Part shown: in pieces, positions 1 through 11,600 of the stretch | Position numbering within the stretch: the first letter of the stretch is position 1 | How the letters are laid out: the number at the start of each line of letters is the position of its first letter | Assembly: GCA_965287045.1 (NCBI GenBank) | Contig: OZ336883.1 | Location: 39,122,001 to 39,186,000 of the forward strand | DNA: 64,000 nt | From: Carcharhinus amblyrhynchos | Taxonomy: Eukaryota | Reading direction: 5' to 3' | Program-made: the position numbers and the translations under genes | The notes under the pieces: generated by a model | What the model was told of the DNA's origin: nothing | Databases searched by the model: none | What the model saw: only the letters and a program-made list of their open reading frames with translations

Positions 1-50
1 AGGCTCGAAGGGCTAGATGGCCTACTCCTATTTCTTATGTTCTTATGTTC
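1..50 (+). mobile_element. 3' tail of a CR1 LINE
   Basis: ggctcgaagggctagatggcctactcct...(ttcttatg)n tail shared with the CR1 copy at 27050-27110. Confidence 0.7.
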
Positions 51-51
51 A

Positions 52-1710
52 CACTGACCCCTGTTGACTGTGGCAAGGTCTGGAAGATATAACAGCTGCA
101 AGGTGAAGGCATGTAAAATCGCCACCTCCAACACACCCCTCCTTGATGAGCTCAATGTATACTCTGCCCATTTTGAGCAAGAGGTCAGCTTCCACCCTGG
201 AAATCCCGGATGAACCTTTTTATCTGGGGTCACTGTTGCAGATGTCAGTGACTTTCTCGAAGGTCAACCCATGGAAAGCGACTGGCCTGGATGGGGTATC
301 TGGACAAGCACTCAGATCCTGCATGTAGGTATTCACAGACATCTTCAACCTCTCTTTACAACAATCTGAGATCCCTATCTGCTTCAAGAAAACAACTATC
401 ATCCCACCACCTAAGAAAAAGCAGTATGCCTTAATGACTATCAGCCAGTGGCTCTGACATCCATGATTATGAAGTGCTTCGAAAGGCTAGTAATGGCATA
501 AGTTAATTCCAGTCTCCTGGACTACCTGAATCCACTACAGTTTGCCTACCGCTGCAACAGGTTCACAGCAGACGCCATCTCCCTGGCCCTGCACTCAACC
601 CTGGAACACCCATACAACAAAGACACTTATATCAGACTCCTATTTATTGACTAGAGCTCAGCCTTAAAAACCATAATTCCTATGAAACTCAGCTCAGCTG
701 TGTGGCCTGGGCCTTGGCACCTCCCTCTGCGACTAGATCCTGAACTTCCTAACTCTCAGACCACAATCAGTAAGGGTAGGCAACAAAACCTCCATGATCA
801 TCCTCAACACCAGTGCCCTACAAGGCTGTTTTCTCAGCCACCTACTATAATCCTTATACACTTATAATTGTGTGGCCAAATTCCCCTCCAATTTGATTTT
901 CAAGTTTGTTGACTCACCATCGTAGTGGGTTGGATCTCAAACAATGATGCGACAGTACAGGAATGAGAGAGAGAATCTGATAAACTGGTGCAGCAACAAT
1001 AATCTCTCCCTCAGTGTCAACAAATGAAGGAGATTGTCATCGACTTCAGGAAGCATAGTGGAGAACATGCCCTTGTCTACATCAACAGAGATGAAGTAGA
1101 AAGGGCCAGGAGCTTCAAGTTTTTAGGTGTCCAGATCATCATCAACCCCATTGCTGACACAATCGTTAAAGCCCACCAACGCCTTTGCTTTCTCAGAAGA
1201 CTAAGGAAATTTGGCATCTCAACAAGAACTCTCTCCAACGTTTACAGATGCACCGTAGAAAGCATTCTTTCTGGTAGTGTCACGCTTGGTATGGTTCCTG
1301 CTTTGCCCAAAACTGCAAGGAACTACAAAAGGTTGTGAATGTAGCCCAATCCATCAGGCAAATTAGCCTCCTGTTCATTGACTCTGCTACACTTGCAACT
1401 CTCTCGGCAAAGCAGCCAACATAATTCAGGATCCTAGACAGCCCAGACATTCTCTCTTCCACCTTCCGTTGGGAAAAAGATTCAAAAGTCTGAGATCAAG
1501 TACCAACCGACTCGAGAATAGCTTCTTCCCTGCTGCTGTCAGATTTTTGAATGGGCTTACCTTGCATTAAGTTGATCTTCCTTTGCACCCTAGCTATGAC
1601 TGTAACACAACATTCTGCACTTTCTCACTTCCCTCCCTATGAACAGTATGCTTTGTATAGCGCGTAAGAAACAATACTTTTCACTATGCTAATACGTGAC
1701 AAAATCAAAG
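52..1710 (+). mobile_element. Decayed Rex1/Babar-like LINE, reverse transcriptase region and 3' end
   Basis: Frameshifted peptides [55 protein letters not shown]...SFKFLGV...KAHQRLCFLRRLRKFG. Confidence 0.8.
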
Positions 1711-3269
1711 TTGCAAGTTAAGCTGATAAATTTTGTGGGAGTGTCTTGTATTTCTCATGAAAATGCTATTCTAATGACTGAAGCTTGTGACAAACCAATG
1801 CCATCTAATGTATTTAAACTGGTTTAAATCAGAACATAAGAGAAGTTATATTTGAGGTTGATGTATTTTTGATAAAGGAACCAAAGATCTTAAGAGGTAT
1901 GGGTTTGGCTCAAGACTCGATGTTAGCAAAAGATACGTTTCCCTCCAGAGTTCACTAAATAAAATTATATTGATGGAAATTGTTCACATGTTCCATTGTG
2001 TAGAGTGAATTTAAACTGTGCTTTAATCAGTGAGTCTATTAATAGCCAAGGGAACAATCTTGCCAGAGACCTTGTTCTGTGTCCAGGTGTTTCCACAAAA
2101 TCCATTGTGGGCAAAAGTGAGGATGTATCAGCTAGATCAGTGAACTTTGAATGACATACTTATTTTTAGATCTGTTCCAAAAAACAATGGCTTTACTTGG
2201 ATGCCTGAAGAGTCAAAAGTTAAAACCTCTGAAATTGAAAAGAAATTGAAGCCTCAGACTTGGCCTCAGCAGAGAGTTAAAACAAGCCGGAAATTGGATC
2301 TGCCTGTCTTAAACTTGCCTGAGGAACTGGAATAGAGGTGTCAAAACTGAATACAGCAGCAAAAGAGAGACTGTGTATTAGAGCAAAATGACGACTCAAA
2401 TGGATGCTGTTTCTGAGCAACTACGAGTATGAATTAGATTCCTAGAAGGAAAACAAATCTTCAAATTGAAGAAACTGTGGCTGTTTGGGAGGAATTGGAC
2501 AGACCACATGCTGAGTGGGAAGAAGAAAAATATAATGAAGAGTAAGAGCTGATTTTTTAAGGATTTTTTAGATTAGAGCATCGATGTAACCTGAATGACA
2601 ATCTTAAAAGTGGCAAAGGCGACCCGTAATCTTTCTGTTAAACATTTTGAAAGATGACTTGGATAGTTGGTTAGTTAAGACTTTTTTTCAAATTTAGGAA
2701 CATACAGCTCTGAAAGTGAATGGAAATCTGAAGGTAAAATTTGACCAAGGTGACACAGACTGATATTGTAAGATTTGGTTTTAAAGAACAAAAGGGCAAA
2801 CTTTAGCCCAGCTGCTAAAGTTTTCAAGTTTAAGTTACTGGTGTCATTTCTTGAGGAGAATGAATCCTGTGGGAAATTTTCAACTTCTCCATTCATTTGT
2901 AAAGAAACAAAACTTGTAATGTTCAAAAGGTTCTAATATCCTGGTCATTGGATAGGCAGAAACTGGAACAAATAATCGGATTCCACTTCAGTGGCTGGGA
3001 TTCTTTCCTCTTCGACCCCCATGATGGCTTATCATTGCGTGCAGACAACCCACCATTGGCTGGCAGATTCCCCAACAGCATGGCTGATGAGCCATGGAAA
3101 ATACCATTTGCCTTCTGTGGGACCCAAGAACCCATCGCTTGCCAATGGCAGGCTACAGCTAGGAAATATTTTTCTGGCACTTTATTCTAATGATGTGAAT
3201 ACATCCACAGATTGCTACTTGAGTGTGGCCCAATTCTCAGCTGTGATCACCTGCATCTTCAATGTAGTC

Positions 3270-4440
3270 CAGAATGTAGTGCATCTCAACTTCCAGAAGG
3301 CATTTGATAAAATGCCACAGAATAACTTAACACACATGGTAAGATACCATGGGTTGGGGATAATATATTACCTTGGATAGAGGATTGGTTAATGAACAGA
3401 AAGCAGACTGGGGAGGGCGGGTGAAAGTTTTTTTTGGTTGGCAAACCGGTATGCCACATTTACAGTCTGTTTTAATGACTTGGATGCAAGGGTAGAATGT
3501 ACTATTATAATAGGTGTGAAAGCAAGTTGCAATGAGGAGATAAACTTAAATGGATATGGACAAGTTAGATGGGCTGGAATTTGGCAATTGGAATTTAGCA
3601 GTTGGAATTTGATGTTGATAAGTGTGAAGTTATTCATTTTGGTTGGAGGAATTAAAAGGCAACTTATTATCCAAATAGCAAGAAACTTAAACGCTTGGTG
3701 CAGAGGAATCTGAATGTTCTTGTGCGTGAATTGCAGAAAACTAGTATGCAGGTACAACAGGTAATAAGGAAAGTAAATGTAATTTTTGGTGTTCATTGCT
3801 AATGGAATGGAGTATAAAAGTAGGAAAGTGCTGTTGCAACTCTAGGGCATGGGTGAAACTATTTGGGCTACTGTACAGAGTTTTGGTCCCCTTACTCGGC
3901 TCGTTGGGCCGAAGAGCCTGTTTCCCGTGCTGGGTTGTTCTTTGTTGTTCTTTGTACTTGAGGTGGGACAAATGTGTTAGAGGTGGTTCAGAGAAAGTTC
4001 ACCTAGATTGATTCCAAGGATGAAGAACTTGTCTTGTGAGGAAAGATTGAGCAGTTTAGGTCTATACTTGGAGTTTAGAAGAATGTGAGGAAATTTTAAT
4101 TGAGGTATAGAAGATGCAAAAGAGGATTGACAGATGTGGATGGGAAGTGAATGTTTTCCCTTGCTGGATATTCTAAAATGAGAAGCCATGGTTTTAGGCT
4201 AGGGATGGCAGAGTTAAAACAAGAAATGAGGAGCAATTATTTCAAACAAAGTGTCGTGAGTCTGGAATTCACTACTTAGTGCAGTACATGTTGGAATACT
4301 TAAATTTGAGGAGATAAGCTTTTAATTAGTAGTGGGATGAAGGGCTATGGCAAGCAAGCAGGAAGGTGGAGATCAGTTCAGCCATGATCTTATTGAAGTC
4401 TTGAGGGATGATTTGCCTGCTCCTCCTAAGTCTTGTGATC
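3270..4440 (+). mobile_element. Decayed CR1 LINE (RT to 3' end), with a nested short CR1 tail at ~3897-3954
   Basis: LNFQKAFDKMP motif, CR1-type 3' region and terminal gatcagttcagccatgatcttattgaa. Confidence 0.8.
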
Positions 4441-4442
4441 TT

Positions 4443-4890
4443 GGGTGGGATTCTCCCCCAAAATGATTGAGTACCAAATTTGCATAAAAACAGGAGTTTT
4501 TTCAGTGGGATTTTCAAAAGGAGCCTCCCAAATTCTGTGCATGTATAATGCTGAAAATCAGTGGGTGGATTGTATTCCTGCTGAAGAGACCGGCAGCATA
4601 GTGCTGAATGGGCACTGCCCATGTGCTGATCTGCCTACCTTCCGATTGCTGACCAGCCCCGATCATTGTTGTAAACCCCGCTGGGGTGAAACGTTCCTGG
4701 GAGGGTCGACGGGTGGGGAAGAGATGCTGGTGGACCCAGAGACTTCAGCCCCGGGCTTGCTAACATTTAAAATAAGTGTTAACGTAATTAATTCAGCCTT
4801 GAGCCGGTTTCTTGCACAGAGCTGACGACGCTGGAAATCCAGTGTCCGGAGACGTTAGAGCAGCACAGTGCACTGCGAGAATAGCCCCCC
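4443..4890. mobile_element. MITE-like non-autonomous DNA element
   Basis: Imperfect terminal inverted repeats gggtgggattctc ... gagaatagcccc; CpG-richer interior; no transposase. Confidence 0.5.
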
Positions 4891-5174
4891 TGATGTTACT
4901 ATTTAGTACTTAGGAAGAATTGCCTGGACTAAAGGAAATTGTTATTGGGGGGGATGATTAAAAAAAGCTAATTTTCTGTAATGTTTCATGCATTCTGCAG
5001 AATGGTCTGAGTATGTTTGGGGAAAAACAATGCAAGTTTTTAGCCTCTGACAATTGTTTTGTGCTTCAGAGTCATCTATTCCTTATCTTTGGGCATTATG
5101 CTTGTAAATATTTTGCCCAAGTTGGGAGTGGGGCGGGAGGGTTGGAGAGAAGAAGAAAGTAACTTCAGATGTAT

Positions 5175-5313
5175 CTGAAACCAAAAGAGAAAATGCTGGA
5201 AAATCTCAGGTCTGGCAAAGGATCATCTGGATTCGAAACATCAGCTCTTTTCTCTCCTTACAGATGCTGCCAGATCTGCTGAGATTTCCCAGCATTTTCT
5301 CTTTTGGTTTCAG
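5175..5313. mobile_element. Short fold-back element, probably Penelope-derived
   Basis: Inverted arms ctgaaaccaaaagagaaaatgctggaaaatctcag / ctgagatttcccagcattttctcttttggtttcag; related decayed copies at ~10650-11040 and ~29950-30165. Confidence 0.6.
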
Positions 5314-5635
5314 TGTGGGAGTCCTCCCCAGAGGAACACAATCCCCCCTTTCCCTGGTTTCTTCCTACATGTGCAGACTTTTGCAGAAATCACTAAATAA
5401 TGATCAAGAGCATAAACTGTAGGTTGGAGACTTTGCCAAAATTGATCTATATTGATGCCTTAGATAATGCAATCTCTAATCCTCATCCTGCATTTAGTCA
5501 CTCAAAGCAAAATGTTTTTCTTTTGCTGAATGGATCATTGCACCTATAAATGTCCTCAACTTCTTTCTTAATATGAAGAATATTATTGTAGAATCCAATT
5601 TTGAGATATCTGATTTTGTATTTTTTTTTGAATAG

Positions 5636-5673
5636 GCGGATTCTGTATCCATGGTGACTAAACTCCAGGAAGC
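5636..5673 (+). CDS. KTN1: KTN1 exon, 38 nt (ADSVSMVTKLQEA)
   Basis: Poly-T ...aatAG acceptor, GTAAGT donor, phase 0-2. Confidence 0.85.
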
Positions 5674-8600
5674 GTAAGTCTTATGTTAAAATAATTTAAG
5701 AAAGCCTTTTAAAAATACATGGTTACTTACAGTAAGTTCTACTCCTGCAGTCTTGTTGAGAAGGATAGAGAGATCAATAAAGTTGAAGACCAGTTGGAAA
5801 AGGAGCTGCTTAAGTTAGAAAAGAATGAACAAAGATTTCAGGTATTTGAATTTTTCTCATTGATTTACCTATGTCGTGTTGCATTATTTTTATATGTGCA
5901 GTGCTGTATGGATTAAAGTGTTGTGCTATTTGGTAGGTCATTTGTCTTGCTATGGTTCATTACTGCCATTGGTATAATGCTATCTGTTTTTCTCATTATG
6001 TAAAGAATTTACAAGAAGATCATGACTTGCTTAAGAAACAAGTAGAAAATGCCCAGCTTCAAACAGCAGAGCAGGTAATTAATCTATTATTAAAAAAAAT
6101 TAGTTTTGGTCTTGATGTTTAGCCAAGTTTTGGGAGGCTTTATAATGCGGCTAGAAGATCAGTGTGTCTCTGCTTGTGACTGTCCCCTCCCTGTTTTGCC
6201 ATCAGCAGTGAATTCTTACTCATCAAACCCCTATGTTTTGTAATTCTCTGAGCACTTTCAGCAGGCTACATCACTCCCCATTATCAAAAATTGCCTTGAA
6301 GTTTTTCTTTGACTATCAGTCACTTTGATTTACTATGGTGTCCTATAATTTCTGTGTGCATTTCACAGCCTTGTGAAGAGCCTTGGGGATGTTTGAAATT
6401 TTAGAATTTCATACCAGTTTAGGTTTCTATTACTAGGTCAGTTTCCAATGGGATGAAATATCTGTTTAAATTCTTCCCTTTGAAGATACTGACAAAGGAG
6501 ATGAGACGTTTACTTGTTCTTTCACAGTAATACCCAGGAAACTGTGTTTTCTACATGGGCGTCACTATAAGGGAGAATGATTGCAGGTCCATTTTAATGA
6601 AGTTTGTATATTTGGAATTGACATTGTCAATTTTCTTTAATGCCATCTGTATTATTCTAGTTTATTATTAACTTCTGGGCTCCGCTCTAGAACTTACTTT
6701 GCTTAGTTTCAGAAAGTGGTTCTTGATGCAGCATTTTTCTGTTGTCAACATTAGGGATTGCATGCAAGTTAAATTGTCATGAGCTAGAAATACTGGCCCA
6801 GAATGTGGGAAAATAAGTTCATACATTTGGCCAGCAACTTCTAGATTAGAGAAGATTCACATGTCATGGAGTTCTTCTTCCTTGCTAAAACTGCAGGCTG
6901 ATGTGTGCCTCTCCATCTCTCCCCCCGCCCTCTCTCCTCCTCCTCTCCTTCCTCCCCCCCCCCCCCCCCCCCCCCCGCCCTCTCTCCTCCCTCCTCTCCT
7001 TTCCCCCCCCCCCGCCCTCTCTCCTCCTCTCCTTTTTCCTCCCCCCCGCCCTCTCTCCTCCTCTCCTTTTCCTCCCCCCCCGCCCTCTCTCTCCTCCTCT
7101 CCTTTTCCTCCCCCCCTGCCCTCTCTCTCCTCCTCTCCTTTTCCTCCCCCCCCGCCCTCTCTCTCCTCCTCTCCTTTTCCTCCCCCCCTGCCCCCTCTCT
7201 CTCCTCCTCTCCTTTTCCTCCCCCCCTGCCCCCTCTCTCCTCCTCTCCTTTTCCTCCCCCCCCGCCCTCTCTCTCCTCCTCTCCTTTTCCTCCCCCCCCG
7301 CCCTCTCTCTCCTCCTCTCCTTTTCCTCCCCCCCGCCCTCTCTCTCCTCCTCTCCTTTTCCTCCCCCCCTGCCCTCTCTCTCCTCCTCTCCTTTTCCTCC
7401 CCCCCCGCCCTCTCTCTCCTCCTCTCCTTCCCCCCCCCCCCCCCACTGCCACCGCCGCCCCCCCCCCCCCCCCCCCCCCCCCCCCTTTCTCTCTCTCTCG
7501 AGAGAAAGGCACACATCCGCCTGCAGTTGTTAGCAAGGAAGAACAACTCCATGACATGTGAATCTTCTCTACTCTAGAAGTCACTGGCCAAATGTATAAA
7601 CTTATTTTCCCACATTCTGGGCCAGTATTTCTAGCTCATGACAATTTAACTTGCATGCAATCCCTAATGTTGACAACAGAAAAATGCTGCATCAAGAACC
7701 ACTTTCTGAAACTAAGCAAAGTAAATTCTAGAGCGGAGCCCAGAAGTTAATAATAAACTAGAATAATACAGATGGCATTAAAGAAAATTGACAATGTCAA
7801 TTCCAAATATACAAACTTCATTAAATGGACCAGCAATCATTCTCCCTTATAGTGACGCCCATGTAGAAAACGCAGTTTCCTGGGTATTACTGTGAAAGAA
7901 CAAGTAAACGTCTCACACACAACTGCTTTTGCAGAGACAGCATCATATCCTTTACCTCTTCCTGATTTTCATAGTTAACTACATTTGTATATTAACATTA
8001 GTGCAATTGGGTCAGATAACTAACAAATATACATTTACTGATACAAATTTTTGCCATCAACCTTCTTTAAAAAGTGATAAAATATGAAGTTTGATTCTTG
8101 GCAGAAAGTGAATTCTTTGACTTTAACAATGTCAAGTTCTAAATGTACACCGCGCTCTCGCAATATAAATCTTTTTTGGTACCTGGTTTGATATTGAATT
8201 CATTTTAATTCCCTGCATCCCAGACCTCCTGTTTGTTTTACATAGGAACTAGTTTGTCCCAGTGTTCGCCAAAGTCTCCAATTCCTATCGCCCTCATTGT
8301 CACTTTCTGCAACTTTGAGCACAAATGTATTTGAAACCTACACATGAAAACATTTTAATGGGACCTACTCCAATAAAGTTACTGTATTACATTCTTTAAA
8401 ATGGGCAATAGCATCCAGCTATTTCTGAATGTGTTTTAAGACTAAAGGCTCGTTCATTTTGTATTTGTTTATGAACTTCTTAGAAATCTGAGATCTGTTT
8501 TATCTATGTTGTATTAAAATAAGGATAGCAAATGTTTAAATGGTTTGTGATATGGTTTTGCATGTCACGCAGATTAATACTGTTTTAATTTCTTGCTGGA

Positions 8601-11600
8601 AACTTTGAAGGTCAGATGAATGTATTTTGTTTATTGAACATTGCTCCTTTTTTTTAAACAGTACATTGTAATAATAAAATGTCATTTTAGTTTATAAAAA
8701 CATTGAGAATTATTTTTTGACCTAGGAAGATTCTCCATACTAGTGAAATTTGAATTTGTATTTTGTGTATTTTTTTTTGCATCTTTAGGTTTCCACTAAA
8801 ACAAATCTGATAAAGGAATCTCAAATTATGTAAGTATGTTTCAAAATTGTTAATTTTTTAGAAAGTAATGTACAAGTTCCCTGACCTTGATTTTATTTGC
8901 AGAATTGAAAGTAAGGAGCAAGAAATTAATAACTTGAAGGCTACACTAACAAATAGCAGAGAAGAAGTTGCTACCTATGTTACAAAATTGCAGGTAATTT
9001 AAGTACTGTTCAATGTGACTGCATCTCATTTTATACAAACTTGTAAGGTTATATATCTCAGACTAAACTTTCCTTCACTTTTTTATGAAAAAAGGATCTT
9101 CAGCATGAAAATGCAGGACTGAAAATTCAAATTCAACAGTTGCACGATAAAACCAATGAACAGGTAAGGTTTTAGACAAGGTGATGGTAAGCTTTGTGTC
9201 TTCCTTGTGGATATTATATTTTTATGAAGTGTTTGAAGTTCAAGGTTCTCAATACTATGAGATTTTCATTTTCCCATTGGCTGTAATCACTGATCAAAAT
9301 GATTAAACTATTGAAAGGACGAGATCTTTTAATGCTATGGTATCCCAATGCCCAAGGAAGAATGTTTTTCCCTTTCTGGGATACTCCACTCTGCGTGTAC
9401 GTGCCCAAAATTGACACGCTGATTCAACTTGTACGTATCTGGGCTGATGACCCCAGAGTGCGAATACATCAGCCTATAAGTTCCTGGCTCCCCAAATTTG
9501 GGAGAATCCCTCTGGGAAGTTCCAAGCTAAGGGTTCATGTGGCAGTTGTCGAAGTGCTAACTTTACCTCGACAGTTGTACTCCACCAGGAATCATTCGAT
9601 AATGCGATTTTAAACCGTTAACTTTGGATGGTTTTGCCAGTGTGATGCTAATAGTTGTTCGGAAATGTTTATAGAGTCGTGGACGTTTACAGCATGGAAA
9701 CAGGCCCTTCGGCCCAACTTGTCCATACCACCCAGTTTTTGCTAAGCTATTCCCAATTTCCTCCATTTGGCCCATATCCCTCACCTGTATCCATCTTACC
9801 CATACGATTATCTAAATGCTTTTTAAAAGACAAAGTTGTACCCACCTCTACTTACTACTGCCTCTCGCAATTTGTTCCAGACACTCGCTGCCCTCTGAGT
9901 GAAAAAATTGCCCCTTTGGACCCTTCTGTAAAGAAAAGGATCTTTTTGTCAAAAGAAACAAAATCATTTCTACCTTCAGCACAACTACTTTGAAGACCCT
10001 GACCCCTTCTCGCAACCTGCATGGAATCTCCACCCACTCCTCCCCAAATCCCATCCGTTTATCTTGGACAATTACCTTTTCCCGGCTTGTTATTTTCAAT
10101 GGGACCTTTTAAACTTACCTGCTTTATGACAGCTAGTGCTATAATAAAAGGACATGTCCTCTGATACTTTTAGACTCTGACACTGAGCCCAGGGACCCAC
10201 TATGCTGCTTGGATGTTGTCCAGATAGAACAGTCATGGGTGAAATTTTATACAATTTCAGTGGGCAACCTGATGGTTTGTCACTCTGCAGAAGTTATGGT
10301 CCTGTAAGGTCCAGGTGATAAAATTGTACAGTGACTAAACTTGTTTTACATGAATGCAATTTAAAGATATTGTTCATTAAAGCATGAACATCAAGTTACA
10401 TTGCTTTTATCAAATATTTGTTCTGATATGACAGTTATGTACTCATTGTGACAGTATGTTGTACCTTGTACTACAACTTCAGGTTTCAATTTTAAATCCC
10501 TTTTATTGCCTTCAAACAGGACTCTGCACTGTGCAAGAGTGAAGTACTGCTGAATGTGTAAGTGAACCATTAAACTCTTTCTTTCCTGTTTCATCAACTT
10601 TTATTTTCCATAAAGATAACTGCACAACTTGGCTGCATTTTGATCAGGCAAAAGCACAACATTGCAGATGTTGGAAATCTGAAGTTCAGTACAACACTGG
10701 AAAAACATACTGGGTTTGGCAACATCTGTGGTGATTCAAATAGGTAGGCTCTCTACTCAGGGTAGTAAGAGCGTGGAATGCCCTGCCTGCAGCAGTTGTG
10801 GACTTGCCAACTTTAAGGGTGTTCAAATTGTCAGTGGATAGGCATATGGATAACATTTGGAATAGTTTAGGTTAGAGGGCCATTAGATTTGTTCCACTGG
10901 TCAGTGCAACATTGAGGGCCGAAGGGCCTGTACTGCGCTGTTATGTTCTATGTTCTAGAACACAAGGCTGCTTTACTGTTTTTCTCCCTACAGTTGCTGC
11001 CAGACCATGAATTTTTCCAGTACTTCCCATTTTTAGCTTTTTTCTTTACACCTGGTTTGTTTGTTTCCCATGCAAGTGCAAAATTATTAATAGATGCCTG
11101 CAAATTTTGTTTTAATTACATAATGCACAGCTTGATTACACAAATATGTTGTGCTGTTAGGTGCCTAGTCCTGAGAGTTGATGTAAAGAATATACTTGTA
11201 TAAGGAGCACTTGTTTCAGTACTTAATCAGTTAATTAAATGGGACTACATTGCAGTGAAATTATAAAAGCAATACTTAACAGTACTGAATATGAACAAAT
11301 ATTTGGAGAAGGGTCAACATTCTTTGCCAGCATTTTAATTGTAATTACTTTTAGACTTTCAGAGAAAGACCAGGAGATTGATTCTTTGCACCAAGAAACT
11401 GAGTCACTAAAGGCAGCTGTTAATCAGCAAAGAAAGAAAAACAATGTGAGTGTAACTGTAAATAATCTGTGACCATTGCTGGTAATACAGGTCTTGAATA
11501 TTCCTGACTTGGGAGCTGTTGTTTTTGCCTTCTGAAAGCATGAATTTTAACACGTGACACAATTTGATTCTGTGAATTTCAGGAATTGGCATTATTGCTC

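Noticed and set aside
1800-2930. Purine-rich stretch with short ORFs (e.g. 2147-2335) as KTN1 exons
   Set aside because: No consistent splice sites or kinectin similarity; probably a decayed element that I cannot classify.
6920-7440. 36-bp repeats as a CRISPR array
   Set aside because: Head-to-tail low-complexity units with no unique spacers; eukaryotic context.
6841-7584. Six overlapping 209-247 aa Pro-rich or Gly/Glu/Arg-rich ORFs
   Set aside because: A by-product of a stop-free C/T minisatellite that is open in all frames; intronic.
8246-8326. Possible extra KTN1 exon after gtttgttttacatAG
   Set aside because: The peptide (ELVCPSVRQSLQFLSPS...) is not coiled-coil or kinectin-like and does not fit the 38/91/69 module.
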